From Verrucomicrobiota bacterium (GTDB lineage Bacteria; Verrucomicrobiota; Verrucomicrobiia; Limisphaerales; UBA11358): a stretch of DNA of 64,000 nucleotides. This document shows positions 55,114-63,270 of the stretch, one piece after another. The stretch covers positions 7,690-71,689 of the forward strand of contig JBEKKZ010000012.1 of assembly GCA_050010435.1 (NCBI GenBank), given 5' to 3'. How positions within the stretch are numbered: position 1 is the first letter of the stretch; every line of letters starts with the position of its first letter. The translations under genes were made by a program, and so were the position numbers. The notes beneath the pieces were generated by a model. The model ran no database searches. It saw only the letters and a list, made by a program, of their open reading frames with translations, and was not told the origin of the DNA.

Positions 55114-55524
55114 TCAGCTTTTGGCCTCCTTCTTCAAGGACCAGTAGCATTCCGCCATCAAGGCGAAAAAGACCGCGTCGCCCACGCCGAACAAGGCGGC
55201 GAAGGCGACGTGGGGAAGACCGCCCGCCGACCAGTAGTAAAATGCCGTTGCCGAGTAGGCCAGTTTGTAAAGCGTGCCGATGAGGATCAAATCCAAATTC
55301 CGCCGCAGGTCGCCGCGGGAAATCAGAAAGTAAGCGACGCCAATCACCAGCACGAACACGCCCAGCAGTGTCAGATAGCCGCCGAAGGCCGGCAGCTTTT
55401 CGCGGATGCCCAGCGCGTCAAAAGCCCGCGCGGGGAAAAAGGTGAACGTGATGCCGAGGAGAACGTCGTAAACGGCAGCGATCAGGAACAGGCTGCGATA
55501 GTACTTTTCTTTGGCGGGACTCAT
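55114..55524 (-). CDS. Small integral membrane protein (4 predicted TM), unknown family
   Basis: MSPAKEKYYRSLFLIAAVYDVLLGITFTFF...; four hydrophobic stretches. Confidence 0.6.
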   Translation of the reverse strand: MSPAKEKYYRSLFLIAAVYDVLLGITFTFFPARAFDALGIREKLPAFGGYLTLLGVFVLVIGVAYFLISRGDLRRNLDLILIGTLYKLAYSATAFYYWSAGGLPHVAFAALFGVGDAVFFALMAECYWSLKKEAKS

Positions 55525-55559
55525 GCCTTAGGTTTTAGCACCCAATCCGCTCAACGCAA

Positions 55560-55946
55560 ATGAAATTTCATCTCAATCTTGTCATCGCCTGGCTCTGGAT
55601 TTTACTCGGCTTTGTCGCCGGCATGGTGCTCGGAATGTTCTTTCACGGCGAAAACTGGCTCGGCGGTTACGGCAGTTTCAAACGCCGGATGTACCGGCTC
55701 GGACATATTTCCTTCTTCGGATTGGGAGTCGTCAATCTCCTGTTTTGTTTGACGGCACAAACTTTCTCCCTGGCCGGCCAACTTGTCAGCATCGCGTCTT
55801 GGGCTTTCATTGCCGGCGCGATCACGATGCCAGTTTGCTGCGTGGTGATGGCGCATTTCCCGAAGGCGCACCTGATTTTCGCCGTGCCGGTGATCAGTCT
55901 GATTGCCGGTGGCGTCTTGACATTTATGGAGATCATCAAATTATGA
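55560..55946 (+). CDS. Small integral membrane protein (4 predicted TM), translationally coupled to the radical SAM gene
   Basis: MKFHLNLVIAWLWILLGFVAGMVLGMFF...; its TGA overlaps the rSAM ATG (ATGA at 55943-55946). Confidence 0.6.
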   Translation: MKFHLNLVIAWLWILLGFVAGMVLGMFFHGENWLGGYGSFKRRMYRLGHISFFGLGVVNLLFCLTAQTFSLAGQLVSIASWAFIAGAITMPVCCVVMAHFPKAHLIFAVPVISLIAGGVLTFMEIIKL

Positions 55947-57292
55947 AAATTGGATTCATCGCCCTGAGCGGTGTGCGCGCGCACAACGCGGAACTCACGA
56001 AGCTCGGTCTCACGCTGCCCGGTTTCGTGGACCGCAACAAAATCATCGCCGCGCTGCCCAGCCTCGGCCTGCTCACGCTCGCCGGGCTTACGCCGAAAAA
56101 ATTTGACGTGGAGTATCATGAAATCGCCGACCTCAAAAAACTGCCCGAACTGCCGGTGGATTTCGATCTCGTCGCCATCAGCACGTTCACCGCGCAACTC
56201 AACGAGGCGTACGACGTCGCCGATTTTTATCGCGCCAAAAAAATCCCAGTCGTGATGGGCGGCATCACGGTCACTTCCCTGCCGGAAGAGGTGAAGAAAC
56301 ATTGCACCAGCGTCGTCGTTGGCGAAGGCGAAACGCTCTGGCCGGCGGTGCTGCGTGATTTCGACCGCGGCGCGCTCAAGCCGGTTTACAAGTCATCGCG
56401 GGAATTTGATCTGGCCGATGCGCCGATGCCGCGTTTCGATTTGCTCGACCCGGACAAATACAACCGCCTCACCGTCCAGACCAGTCGCGGCTGCCCGCAT
56501 CGCTGCGAATTTTGCGCGAGTTCAATTTTGCTCACGTCGCGCTACAAGGTGAAGCCGGTGGAGAAGGTCATCGCCGAAATCCGTGAGATCAAAAAAATCT
56601 GGCCGCGCCCGTTCATTGAGTTCGCCGACGACAACAGCTTCGTCCATCGCGGGCATTACAAAAAGCTTCTGCGCGAACTGGCAAAGGAAAAACTCCGCTG
56701 GTTCACCGAGGCCGACCTGAGCGTGGCCGGGGACGACAAACTGCTCGGCCTCATGCGCGATTCCGGCTGCCAGCAGGTCCTCATCGGTCTCGAAAGTCCG
56801 CGCCGCGCCAGCCTCGATGGCGTGGAGTTGAAATCGAATTGGAAGTTGCGCCAGCATGATTCTTACAAGGATGCCATTGCCAAAATTCAATCCTACGGCA
56901 TCACCGTCAACGGCTGTTTCGTCCTCGGTCTCGACGGCGACACGCGCGACGTGTTCGACAACGTGCTGGATTTTGTGCGCGACGCCGCGCTCTACGAAGT
57001 GCAGGTGACGTTCCTGACCGCGTTTCCCGGCACGCCGCTTTACGCGCGGCTCAAGCGCGAAGGCCGCGTCATCCGCGACCGCGCATGGGAACTTTGCACA
57101 CTGTTCGACGTCAATTTCCGCCCAAAAAACATGAGTGTTGAAGAGTTACAAAACGGTTTTCTCGGCCTGGCCAAACAACTTTATTCCGCGGAGGAAACTC
57201 ATGAACGCCGGAGCAAATTCAAACGGATGCTGAAAACGTCGCCGAATTTTGGCCGCCACGCCCGGCAGGAAGAACAAGCCATGACCGGGTGA
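55943..57292 (+). CDS. B12-binding-domain radical SAM protein (class B rSAM, DUF4070-like C-terminus)
   Basis: N-terminal Rossmann-like MKIGFIALSG...VAISTFTAQ...VVMGGITVT. Radical SAM motif TSRGCPHRCEFCAS. Start set at the ATG at 55943. Confidence 0.85.
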   Translation: MKIGFIALSGVRAHNAELTKLGLTLPGFVDRNKIIAALPSLGLLTLAGLTPKKFDVEYHEIADLKKLPELPVDFDLVAISTFTAQLNEAYDVADFYRAKKIPVVMGGITVTSLPEEVKKHCTSVVVGEGETLWPAVLRDFDRGALKPVYKSSREFDLADAPMPRFDLLDPDKYNRLTVQTSRGCPHRCEFCASSILLTSRYKVKPVEKVIAEIREIKKIWPRPFIEFADDNSFVHRGHYKKLLRELAKEKLRWFTEADLSVAGDDKLLGLMRDSGCQQVLIGLESPRRASLDGVELKSNWKLRQHDSYKDAIAKIQSYGITVNGCFVLGLDGDTRDVFDNVLDFVRDAALYEVQVTFLTAFPGTPLYARLKREGRVIRDRAWELCTLFDVNFRPKNMSVEELQNGFLGLAKQLYSAEETHERRSKFKRMLKTSPNFGRHARQEEQAMTG

Positions 57293-57336
57293 TTTGCCGG
57301 TCCGGCGGGCATTTACCCAGACGATGGTCGTCGAAA

Positions 57337-57352
57337 TTTTATCAATTAACGC
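57337..57352. promoter_or_regulatory. 16-nt motif TTTTATCAATTAACGC, copy 2 (upstream of the DUF2157 operon)
   Basis: Identical to 54485-54500. It lies 31 nt upstream of the small ORF at 57383. Confidence 0.35.
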
Positions 57353-57382
57353 CAGCCGGTCGAATTGAGTTAAATCATAGCC

Positions 57383-57616
57383 ATGAAACCAAAACGATAT
57401 TCCGCCTGGTTGGCACTTTTAAACTTGAAAACCGCGGTCAAATTTACGGGCATGACGCGGCTCGGTCTGGTGTTGGTGGCGTTTGGCCTGCCGTTGAGTG
57501 ACGGCTGGCTGGCGGCGGCCTTGCCTCGTGGTACCTGGAAAAACCGGCGCGAAATCGGGGAATTAATTCCTTGTCCGTTTGGAGCGAAAACCAGTCGTCT
57601 CTGGGATAAATCATGA
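57383..57616 (+). CDS. Possible small membrane protein (77 aa), uncertain
   Basis: One hydrophobic stretch (LGLVLVAFGLPL). Its stop overlaps the DUF2157 ATG (ATGA at 57613-57616). No recognisable family. Confidence 0.25.
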   Translation: MKPKRYSAWLALLNLKTAVKFTGMTRLGLVLVAFGLPLSDGWLAAALPRGTWKNRREIGELIPCPFGAKTSRLWDKS

Positions 57617-58803
57617 AATACGCTGACATCCAAAAACTTCGCGACGCCGGTTTCATCACCGATGAACAGGGGCAAAAAATCATCGGGCACTTCCAGCTCA
57701 AGGAAGACGGCGGCGGCAAATTCCTCGCCATCGTCTCGATCATTGGCGCTGTGCTCATCGCGGCGGGAATCACGTTGCTGATTGCCGCGCACTGGAATGA
57801 GATTCCGCGCGGCATAAAAATCGCCGCCGGACTTCTGCTCATGCTCGGCTTTCACGCCGGCGGCTGGTGGTTGCGCGAGGTGCAGGGCAAATACCGGAAG
57901 ACCGGCGAGGTGTTGCACCTGATCGGCTCGTGCCTGTTCCTCGCCAACATCGCGCTCATCGGCCAGATTTATCACCTCTCGTCGCGCCCGGCCAACGCCT
58001 TTCTGCTCTGGTGGCTTGGCATCGCCGCATTGCCGTGGCTGCTGCGTTCCGCCGCACAGTTCGCCTTGCTCCTCCTCGCCATCGGCATCTGGTTCGGGGT
58101 CGAAATCAACGATGCCACCAGCCTCATCCGCTTCGATGACGAACAACAGGTGCTGGCCTACGCGTTGCTGGGCTTGGTGTTCACCGGCTTCGGATTTTTG
58201 CTGCGGCGCAGCGCCAACAAGGATTTTTCCGTCGTGGCGGAAACTTTCGGTCTGTTGGCCTTCACCCTTTTTTCCTATCCGCTGACGTGGTCAGGCTTTT
58301 TAAGCTGGGGCTATCGGCACGCGGAATTGAATCCCTGGCTGCTGCCCGCGCTCGGAACGTTCGCCGCACTGCTCATCGCGCTGGGTTGCCGCAATCTCAC
58401 CGCGCTCCCGCCGCAATGGCGTGTGACTTGGGGCGCGACGCTCGCCGGCGCGGCGGCGCTGCTCGTCGCGGCGAATTTCGTCCCGCAACAAAACGAATGG
58501 CAGTGGTTCGGCCGCATGACCCCGCTCAACACCGTCGCCGCCATCGCCTTTTTCATTTACGGCCTGTTGCAGGTGCAGGTCGGCGTGCAGGAACGCTCGC
58601 GCTTTCTGGTAAACCTCGGCGTCACCTTCATCGCGCTGGACATCATCGCCACTTACATCGGCCTGTTCGGTTCAATGGCGTTCACCGGCATGATGTTTGT
58701 CATCTCCGGCACATTCCTGATTTTGTTCGCCGTGTTTCTGGAGAAAAAACGGCGGGCATTGATGAAACAAATCAAATCGCAAACCACAGGAGCAAAACCA
58801 TGA
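57613..58803 (+). CDS. DUF2157-type polytopic membrane protein (~12 TM)
   Basis: Soluble N-terminus MKYADIQKLRDAGFITDEQGQKIIGHF, then many TM segments. Operon context with a GDYXXLXY protein. Confidence 0.7.
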   Translation: MKYADIQKLRDAGFITDEQGQKIIGHFQLKEDGGGKFLAIVSIIGAVLIAAGITLLIAAHWNEIPRGIKIAAGLLLMLGFHAGGWWLREVQGKYRKTGEVLHLIGSCLFLANIALIGQIYHLSSRPANAFLLWWLGIAALPWLLRSAAQFALLLLAIGIWFGVEINDATSLIRFDDEQQVLAYALLGLVFTGFGFLLRRSANKDFSVVAETFGLLAFTLFSYPLTWSGFLSWGYRHAELNPWLLPALGTFAALLIALGCRNLTALPPQWRVTWGATLAGAAALLVAANFVPQQNEWQWFGRMTPLNTVAAIAFFIYGLLQVQVGVQERSRFLVNLGVTFIALDIIATYIGLFGSMAFTGMMFVISGTFLILFAVFLEKKRRALMKQIKSQTTGAKP

Positions 58804-59939
58804 AAAATCCAATCATGAACATGAATTCGTTCCGCGCGGTGGCCTTGCCGATGGCAATGGTTCTCTTCGCGGTGGGCATCGGCCGTTTCGCGGTTGCCGC
58901 TGAGCCACAAGCCGGCATGGCACCGGAGCAACAGAAGCGGCTGGAATTGATGAAGTCCAAGGGGCCGGACGGTGCGCTGACCATCCTGCCCGTGCGCCTG
59001 GCGGGCAAACCTTGGGATCGCGTGACCGAGGTGGTCGGTGTTCTGCTCGAACAGCAGGGATTGCGAAACATTGAGCTTGGACAAACCCCGTTCACACCGG
59101 CGGAAACAAATTGGGAAAGTCTGGCCAAGGCCGTCGGTGCGTTTGTTAAGACCAATCCGATCACAACCAGTTACGCGCTTTATGCCGAATACAATGGCGA
59201 TCATAAAACCGGATTGAATGAACTGCGCGCAGTCGTCGTGGATCAAACCGGCGCGGTCGTCTGGACGGACCGTCAGACACCGCAGGACGAAGCGTTCAAG
59301 AAAAATGAAGCTCGGGAACCGATGACGATGTCCATTCTGCTCGTCGAACGGCTGAGTCCGCCGCTCGGCCTCAACGAAGAAACAGCCAAGGTGGCCAAAC
59401 CGGGCAAACTGGCGGCCATCATGGATCAGCGGAGCGGCCTGCCTCCCGAGAATGAACGGGCGGCCCTTCCCGAACGCCAGAAGGCGATGAAACGAGCGCT
59501 GCCCGGCGCGACGCTGCTGGTTTATCCGGCGCGGATTGGTGGGAAAGAAGTCAGCGTCCCCAGCGCGACCAACATCGTGCAGTTGCTCAATGAAATGGGC
59601 TTGTGCAAGGCCGTTCAGGCTGAACAGCCGGTTCTCCTCAAAACTTCGTTGGCGGACCCGAACGAGCTGAAGGCGCTCTGGAATCTGGCGCGTGAGTTCC
59701 GGAATTTTGTCCGGACCAATCCGCCCGCGGCCGACTACGCGCTTTATGCCGACTACGTTTTCAATCCGCAAAACGCGGAGCAGGGATTCGTGCATTTCGT
59801 GGTGTGCGACCGCAAGGGCGAGTGGGTGATTGTGGACATGCAAAACTCGCATCATCCGGATTACCAGAGCATCGGGGTCATTTCCAGCGACCGCTGCGAC
59901 CAACTGCTCGTCAAGCGTCTGGCGGGATGCCTGAAATGA
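58800..59939 (+). CDS. Secreted protein of unknown function with an internal two-fold domain duplication (379 aa)
   Basis: Signal peptide MKNPIMNMNSFRAVALPMAMVLFAVGIGRFAVAA. The two halves align: FVKTNPITTSYALYAEY...LRAVVVDQTGAVVWTD versus FVRTNPPAADYALYADY...VHFVVCDRKGEWVIVD. ATGA overlap with the DUF2157 stop. Confidence 0.7.
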   Translation: MKNPIMNMNSFRAVALPMAMVLFAVGIGRFAVAAEPQAGMAPEQQKRLELMKSKGPDGALTILPVRLAGKPWDRVTEVVGVLLEQQGLRNIELGQTPFTPAETNWESLAKAVGAFVKTNPITTSYALYAEYNGDHKTGLNELRAVVVDQTGAVVWTDRQTPQDEAFKKNEAREPMTMSILLVERLSPPLGLNEETAKVAKPGKLAAIMDQRSGLPPENERAALPERQKAMKRALPGATLLVYPARIGGKEVSVPSATNIVQLLNEMGLCKAVQAEQPVLLKTSLADPNELKALWNLAREFRNFVRTNPPAADYALYADYVFNPQNAEQGFVHFVVCDRKGEWVIVDMQNSHHPDYQSIGVISSDRCDQLLVKRLAGCLK

Positions 59940-59967
59940 AATCTCGGACAAAGAAACGGAGCGCGCC

Positions 59968-60516
59968 ATGAAACTCAAACTTCTCATTCTCGTCCTCGCG
60001 TTGCAAAGCGCGTGGTTGCTCGGCACCGCTGCCGTGCAGGAACACGTGCTGGCCACCGGCAGGGTCATCCTGCTGGAAACCGCGCGCGTTGACCCGCGCG
60101 ACCTGCTTCGGGGCGATTATCTCATCCTGAACTACAAAATCAGCGACGTGCCGACGAACCTGTTTTCACCGCCGGGGACAAAGGATTTACCCCGCGGCAC
60201 GAAAATCTTTGTCGCGCTCGCGCCGGCGACGAACCAGTTTTATGTCGTGGTCAGGGCGAGCACGAACCAGTTCGTGCCGGCGGCGGACGAAGTCTTGTTG
60301 AAAGGCAGAAGCACCTGGCCACGTTGGAATGCAGCGACCAACTCCATTCACGTCGAATACGGACTGGAACGCTTTTACGTCGCCGAAGGCACCGGCAATC
60401 CCACCGGTAAACTCACCGCGCAAGTGGTGGTGCCCACGTCCGGGCGCGGGCGCGTGAAGGAAGTGTTCGTGGATGGCAAACCCTACGCCGAGGCGATGAA
60501 AGACACTGTCCGCTGA
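59968..60516 (+). CDS. GDYXXLXY domain-containing protein
   Basis: Signal/anchor MKLKLLILVLALQSAWLLG. The literal motif appears in DPRDLLRGDYLILNYKI. Confidence 0.85.
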   Translation: MKLKLLILVLALQSAWLLGTAAVQEHVLATGRVILLETARVDPRDLLRGDYLILNYKISDVPTNLFSPPGTKDLPRGTKIFVALAPATNQFYVVVRASTNQFVPAADEVLLKGRSTWPRWNAATNSIHVEYGLERFYVAEGTGNPTGKLTAQVVVPTSGRGRVKEVFVDGKPYAEAMKDTVR

Positions 60517-60713
60517 CAACCGTGGGCTGCTGAAGGTTGGTCGGGCGGAACGGGATTCATAGCAAGATTTTCCCGGTCGAATGACCGCCATAAACTTTGA
60601 TTGTTTTTTCCTTTCGCGCAGTGTCTCATGGAACCCGACCATGACCTTGAAAATCCAACGCCGCCCGCGCCGGTTTTCTTTCGCTGAACCTGGTTTAGTC
60701 ACGGAGACCTGAA

Positions 60714-61880
60714 ATGCGCATTGTCGAACTCCACGAAAAGACCGTTTCCATCGCCTCGGCCATCACCAACGCGTACATCGATTTCTCCAAGATGACGTGC
60801 TCGGTGGTGGCGCTGATCACCGATGTCGTGCGCGACGGCAAACCGGTGGTGGGTTATGGATTCAACTCCAATGGCCGCTACGGCCAGGGGGCCTTGATGC
60901 GCGAACGGTTCTTTCCCCGCCTCATGGCCGCCGATCCCAAGACACTGATGGATGAGACCGGTGAAAATCTGGACCCGTTCCGCATCTGGACCACGCTGAT
61001 GAAAAACGAGAAGCCGGGCGGGCACGGCGAACGATCGGTGGCGGTGGGGGCCATTGACATGGCGGTATGGGATGCCGTGGCCAAGATTGCGGGCCAGCCG
61101 CTCTACCGGTTACTGGCGGACCGTTATCGCGGCGGCAAGGCGGATGACAAGGTTTGGATCTACGCCGCCGGCGGCTATTATTATCCCGGCAAGGACCTGA
61201 CCGCCCTGAAAAGCGAGATGAAGCGCTATCGCGACCTCGGTTACCAGGTGGTGAAGATGAAAATCGGCGGCGCCCCCCTCGACGAAGACATCCGCCGCAT
61301 CGAGGCGGTGCTCGAGGTGGTGGGTGACGGAAAATTCCTGGCGGTGGATGCCAACGGTCGTTTCGATCTCGCCACCGCCATTGCCTATGGCGAGGCGATG
61401 AAACCTTACAAACTGTTTTGGTATGAAGAGGCGGGCGATCCGCTCGACTATGCGTTGCAGGCGGAGCTTTCCCGACATTATCCCCTGCCGATGGCCACCG
61501 GTGAAAATCTTTTCTCGCACCAGGACGCCCGCAATTTGATCCGCCACGGCGGCATGAATCCCGAACGCGACTGGTTGCAATTTGACTGCGCGCTGTCTTA
61601 CGGCCTGGTCGAATATCTGCGCACCCTGGAGGTGCTGAAGCAGCATGGCTGGTCCACGCGGCGGGTCGTGCCGCACGGCGGTCATCAGATGTCGCTCAAC
61701 ATCGCCGCCGGCCTGCATCTCGGCGGCAACGAATCGTATCCGGGCGTCTTCCAGCCGTTCGGCGGTTTTGCCGACGGCATCGCCGTCGAGAATGGATATG
61801 TGGGTTTGCCGGAGGTTCCAGGCGTCGGTTTTGAAACCAAGGCCGAACTCTTCAAGGTGATGAAATCACTCGGCAACTGA
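60714..61880 (+). CDS. Enolase-superfamily enzyme, mandelate racemase subgroup (acid-sugar / possibly D-tartrate dehydratase-like)
   Basis: KxK motif VVKMKIGG. Metal ligands in AVDANGRF, WYEEAGD and ATGENLF. Also HGGH. Adjacent to dctA. Confidence 0.8.
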   Translation: MRIVELHEKTVSIASAITNAYIDFSKMTCSVVALITDVVRDGKPVVGYGFNSNGRYGQGALMRERFFPRLMAADPKTLMDETGENLDPFRIWTTLMKNEKPGGHGERSVAVGAIDMAVWDAVAKIAGQPLYRLLADRYRGGKADDKVWIYAAGGYYYPGKDLTALKSEMKRYRDLGYQVVKMKIGGAPLDEDIRRIEAVLEVVGDGKFLAVDANGRFDLATAIAYGEAMKPYKLFWYEEAGDPLDYALQAELSRHYPLPMATGENLFSHQDARNLIRHGGMNPERDWLQFDCALSYGLVEYLRTLEVLKQHGWSTRRVVPHGGHQMSLNIAAGLHLGGNESYPGVFQPFGGFADGIAVENGYVGLPEVPGVGFETKAELFKVMKSLGN

Positions 61881-61894
61881 ACACCAGAACGGTC

Positions 61895-63190
61895 ATGGAC
61901 AAAGCCAGGAGCAAAGCAACAAGTTTATTGGGTCAGCTTTACTTTCAAGTGCTTATCGGCTTCCTGTTGGGCATCGCCGTTGGCTATTTCCACCCCGGCT
62001 TGGGCGAATCGCTCAAGCCGCTCGGCGACGGTTTCATCAAGCTCATCAAGATGCTGCTCGCGCCGATCATCTTCGGCACAGTTGTCGTCGGCATTGCGAA
62101 GATGGGAAACCTGAAGGAGGTGGGCCGGGTCGGCATCAAGGCACTGGTCTATTTCGAAATCGTTTCGACCCTGGCGCTCGCCATCGGGCTGGTGGTGGTG
62201 AACGTCGTGCAACCCGGAGCCGGGATGAACATTGATCCCTCCACGCTGGATGCCAGCTCACTCACCACCTACACCACGGCCGCCAAACAGCAGGACACCG
62301 TCAGTTTCTTCATGGACATCATCCCTTCCAGCTTTGCGGATGCTTTTGTCAAAGGCAACATGCTGCAGATCATTCTGATTTCGGTGTTGTTCGGGCTGGC
62401 TTTGGCGCAGCTTCCCGACCGGGGAAAAGTAATCGTGGAGGTGATTGACTCCGTCCTGCACGGTCTGTTCGGCATCGTGCGTTTTGTCATGTATCTGGCC
62501 CCGCTTGCCGCGTTCGGAGCCATGGCCTTCACCATCGGGAAATACGGCGTCGGCACCCTGGGGTCCTTCGGCAAGCTGATTGGCGGCGTCTATCTCACGA
62601 GCGCGATCTTTATCTTCCTGGTCCTTGGCATCATCGCCCGGATGAACCGGTTCTCGCTCTGGAAATATCTCAAGTTCTTCAAGGACGAAATCCTGATCAC
62701 CTTCGCCACGGCCTCATCGGAGGCCGTGCTGCCGCGGATGATGGTCAAGCTGGAGCAACTGGGGTGTGCCAAACCGGTCGTGGGTCTGGTTCTGCCGGCC
62801 GGCTATACCTTCAACGCCGACGGTTCGTCCATCTACCTGACGATGGGCGCCATCTTTGTCGCCCAGGCCACCAATACGCCGTTGACACTGGGCGAACAGT
62901 TGATGGTTCTGGCCGTCTGCCTGTTCACGTCCAAGGGCTCGGCGGGCGTGGCCGGCGCCGGATTTATTGCCCTCGCTGCCACGCTGGCTTCGATGGACAA
63001 AATACCCGTTGCCGGCTTGGTGTTGCTGGTCGGGATTGACCGCTTTGTCAATGCTGCGCGGGCGGTGACCAACCTGATTGGCAACGGCCTCGCCACCATC
63101 GTCGTGGCCCGATGGGAAAAAGCCTTTGACGAAAAACGGGCCAGCGCGATGCTTGATGGCGCGGCCAATGAATCGCCAACGGAACTTTGA
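61895..63190 (+). CDS. dctA: C4-dicarboxylate / amino acid:cation symporter (DAACS family)
   Basis: LYFQVLIGFLLGIAVGYF...IKMLLAPIIF...ASSEAVLP...PAGYTFNADGSSIY. Confidence 0.9.
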   Translation: MDKARSKATSLLGQLYFQVLIGFLLGIAVGYFHPGLGESLKPLGDGFIKLIKMLLAPIIFGTVVVGIAKMGNLKEVGRVGIKALVYFEIVSTLALAIGLVVVNVVQPGAGMNIDPSTLDASSLTTYTTAAKQQDTVSFFMDIIPSSFADAFVKGNMLQIILISVLFGLALAQLPDRGKVIVEVIDSVLHGLFGIVRFVMYLAPLAAFGAMAFTIGKYGVGTLGSFGKLIGGVYLTSAIFIFLVLGIIARMNRFSLWKYLKFFKDEILITFATASSEAVLPRMMVKLEQLGCAKPVVGLVLPAGYTFNADGSSIYLTMGAIFVAQATNTPLTLGEQLMVLAVCLFTSKGSAGVAGAGFIALAATLASMDKIPVAGLVLLVGIDRFVNAARAVTNLIGNGLATIVVARWEKAFDEKRASAMLDGAANESPTEL

Positions 63191-63270
63191 ACCAGACTTG
63201 ATGAAACTTTGACCAGAAGCAATATTGACAGCACCGCCGCCACGAATCATTAACTTCACGACTTGAAACC

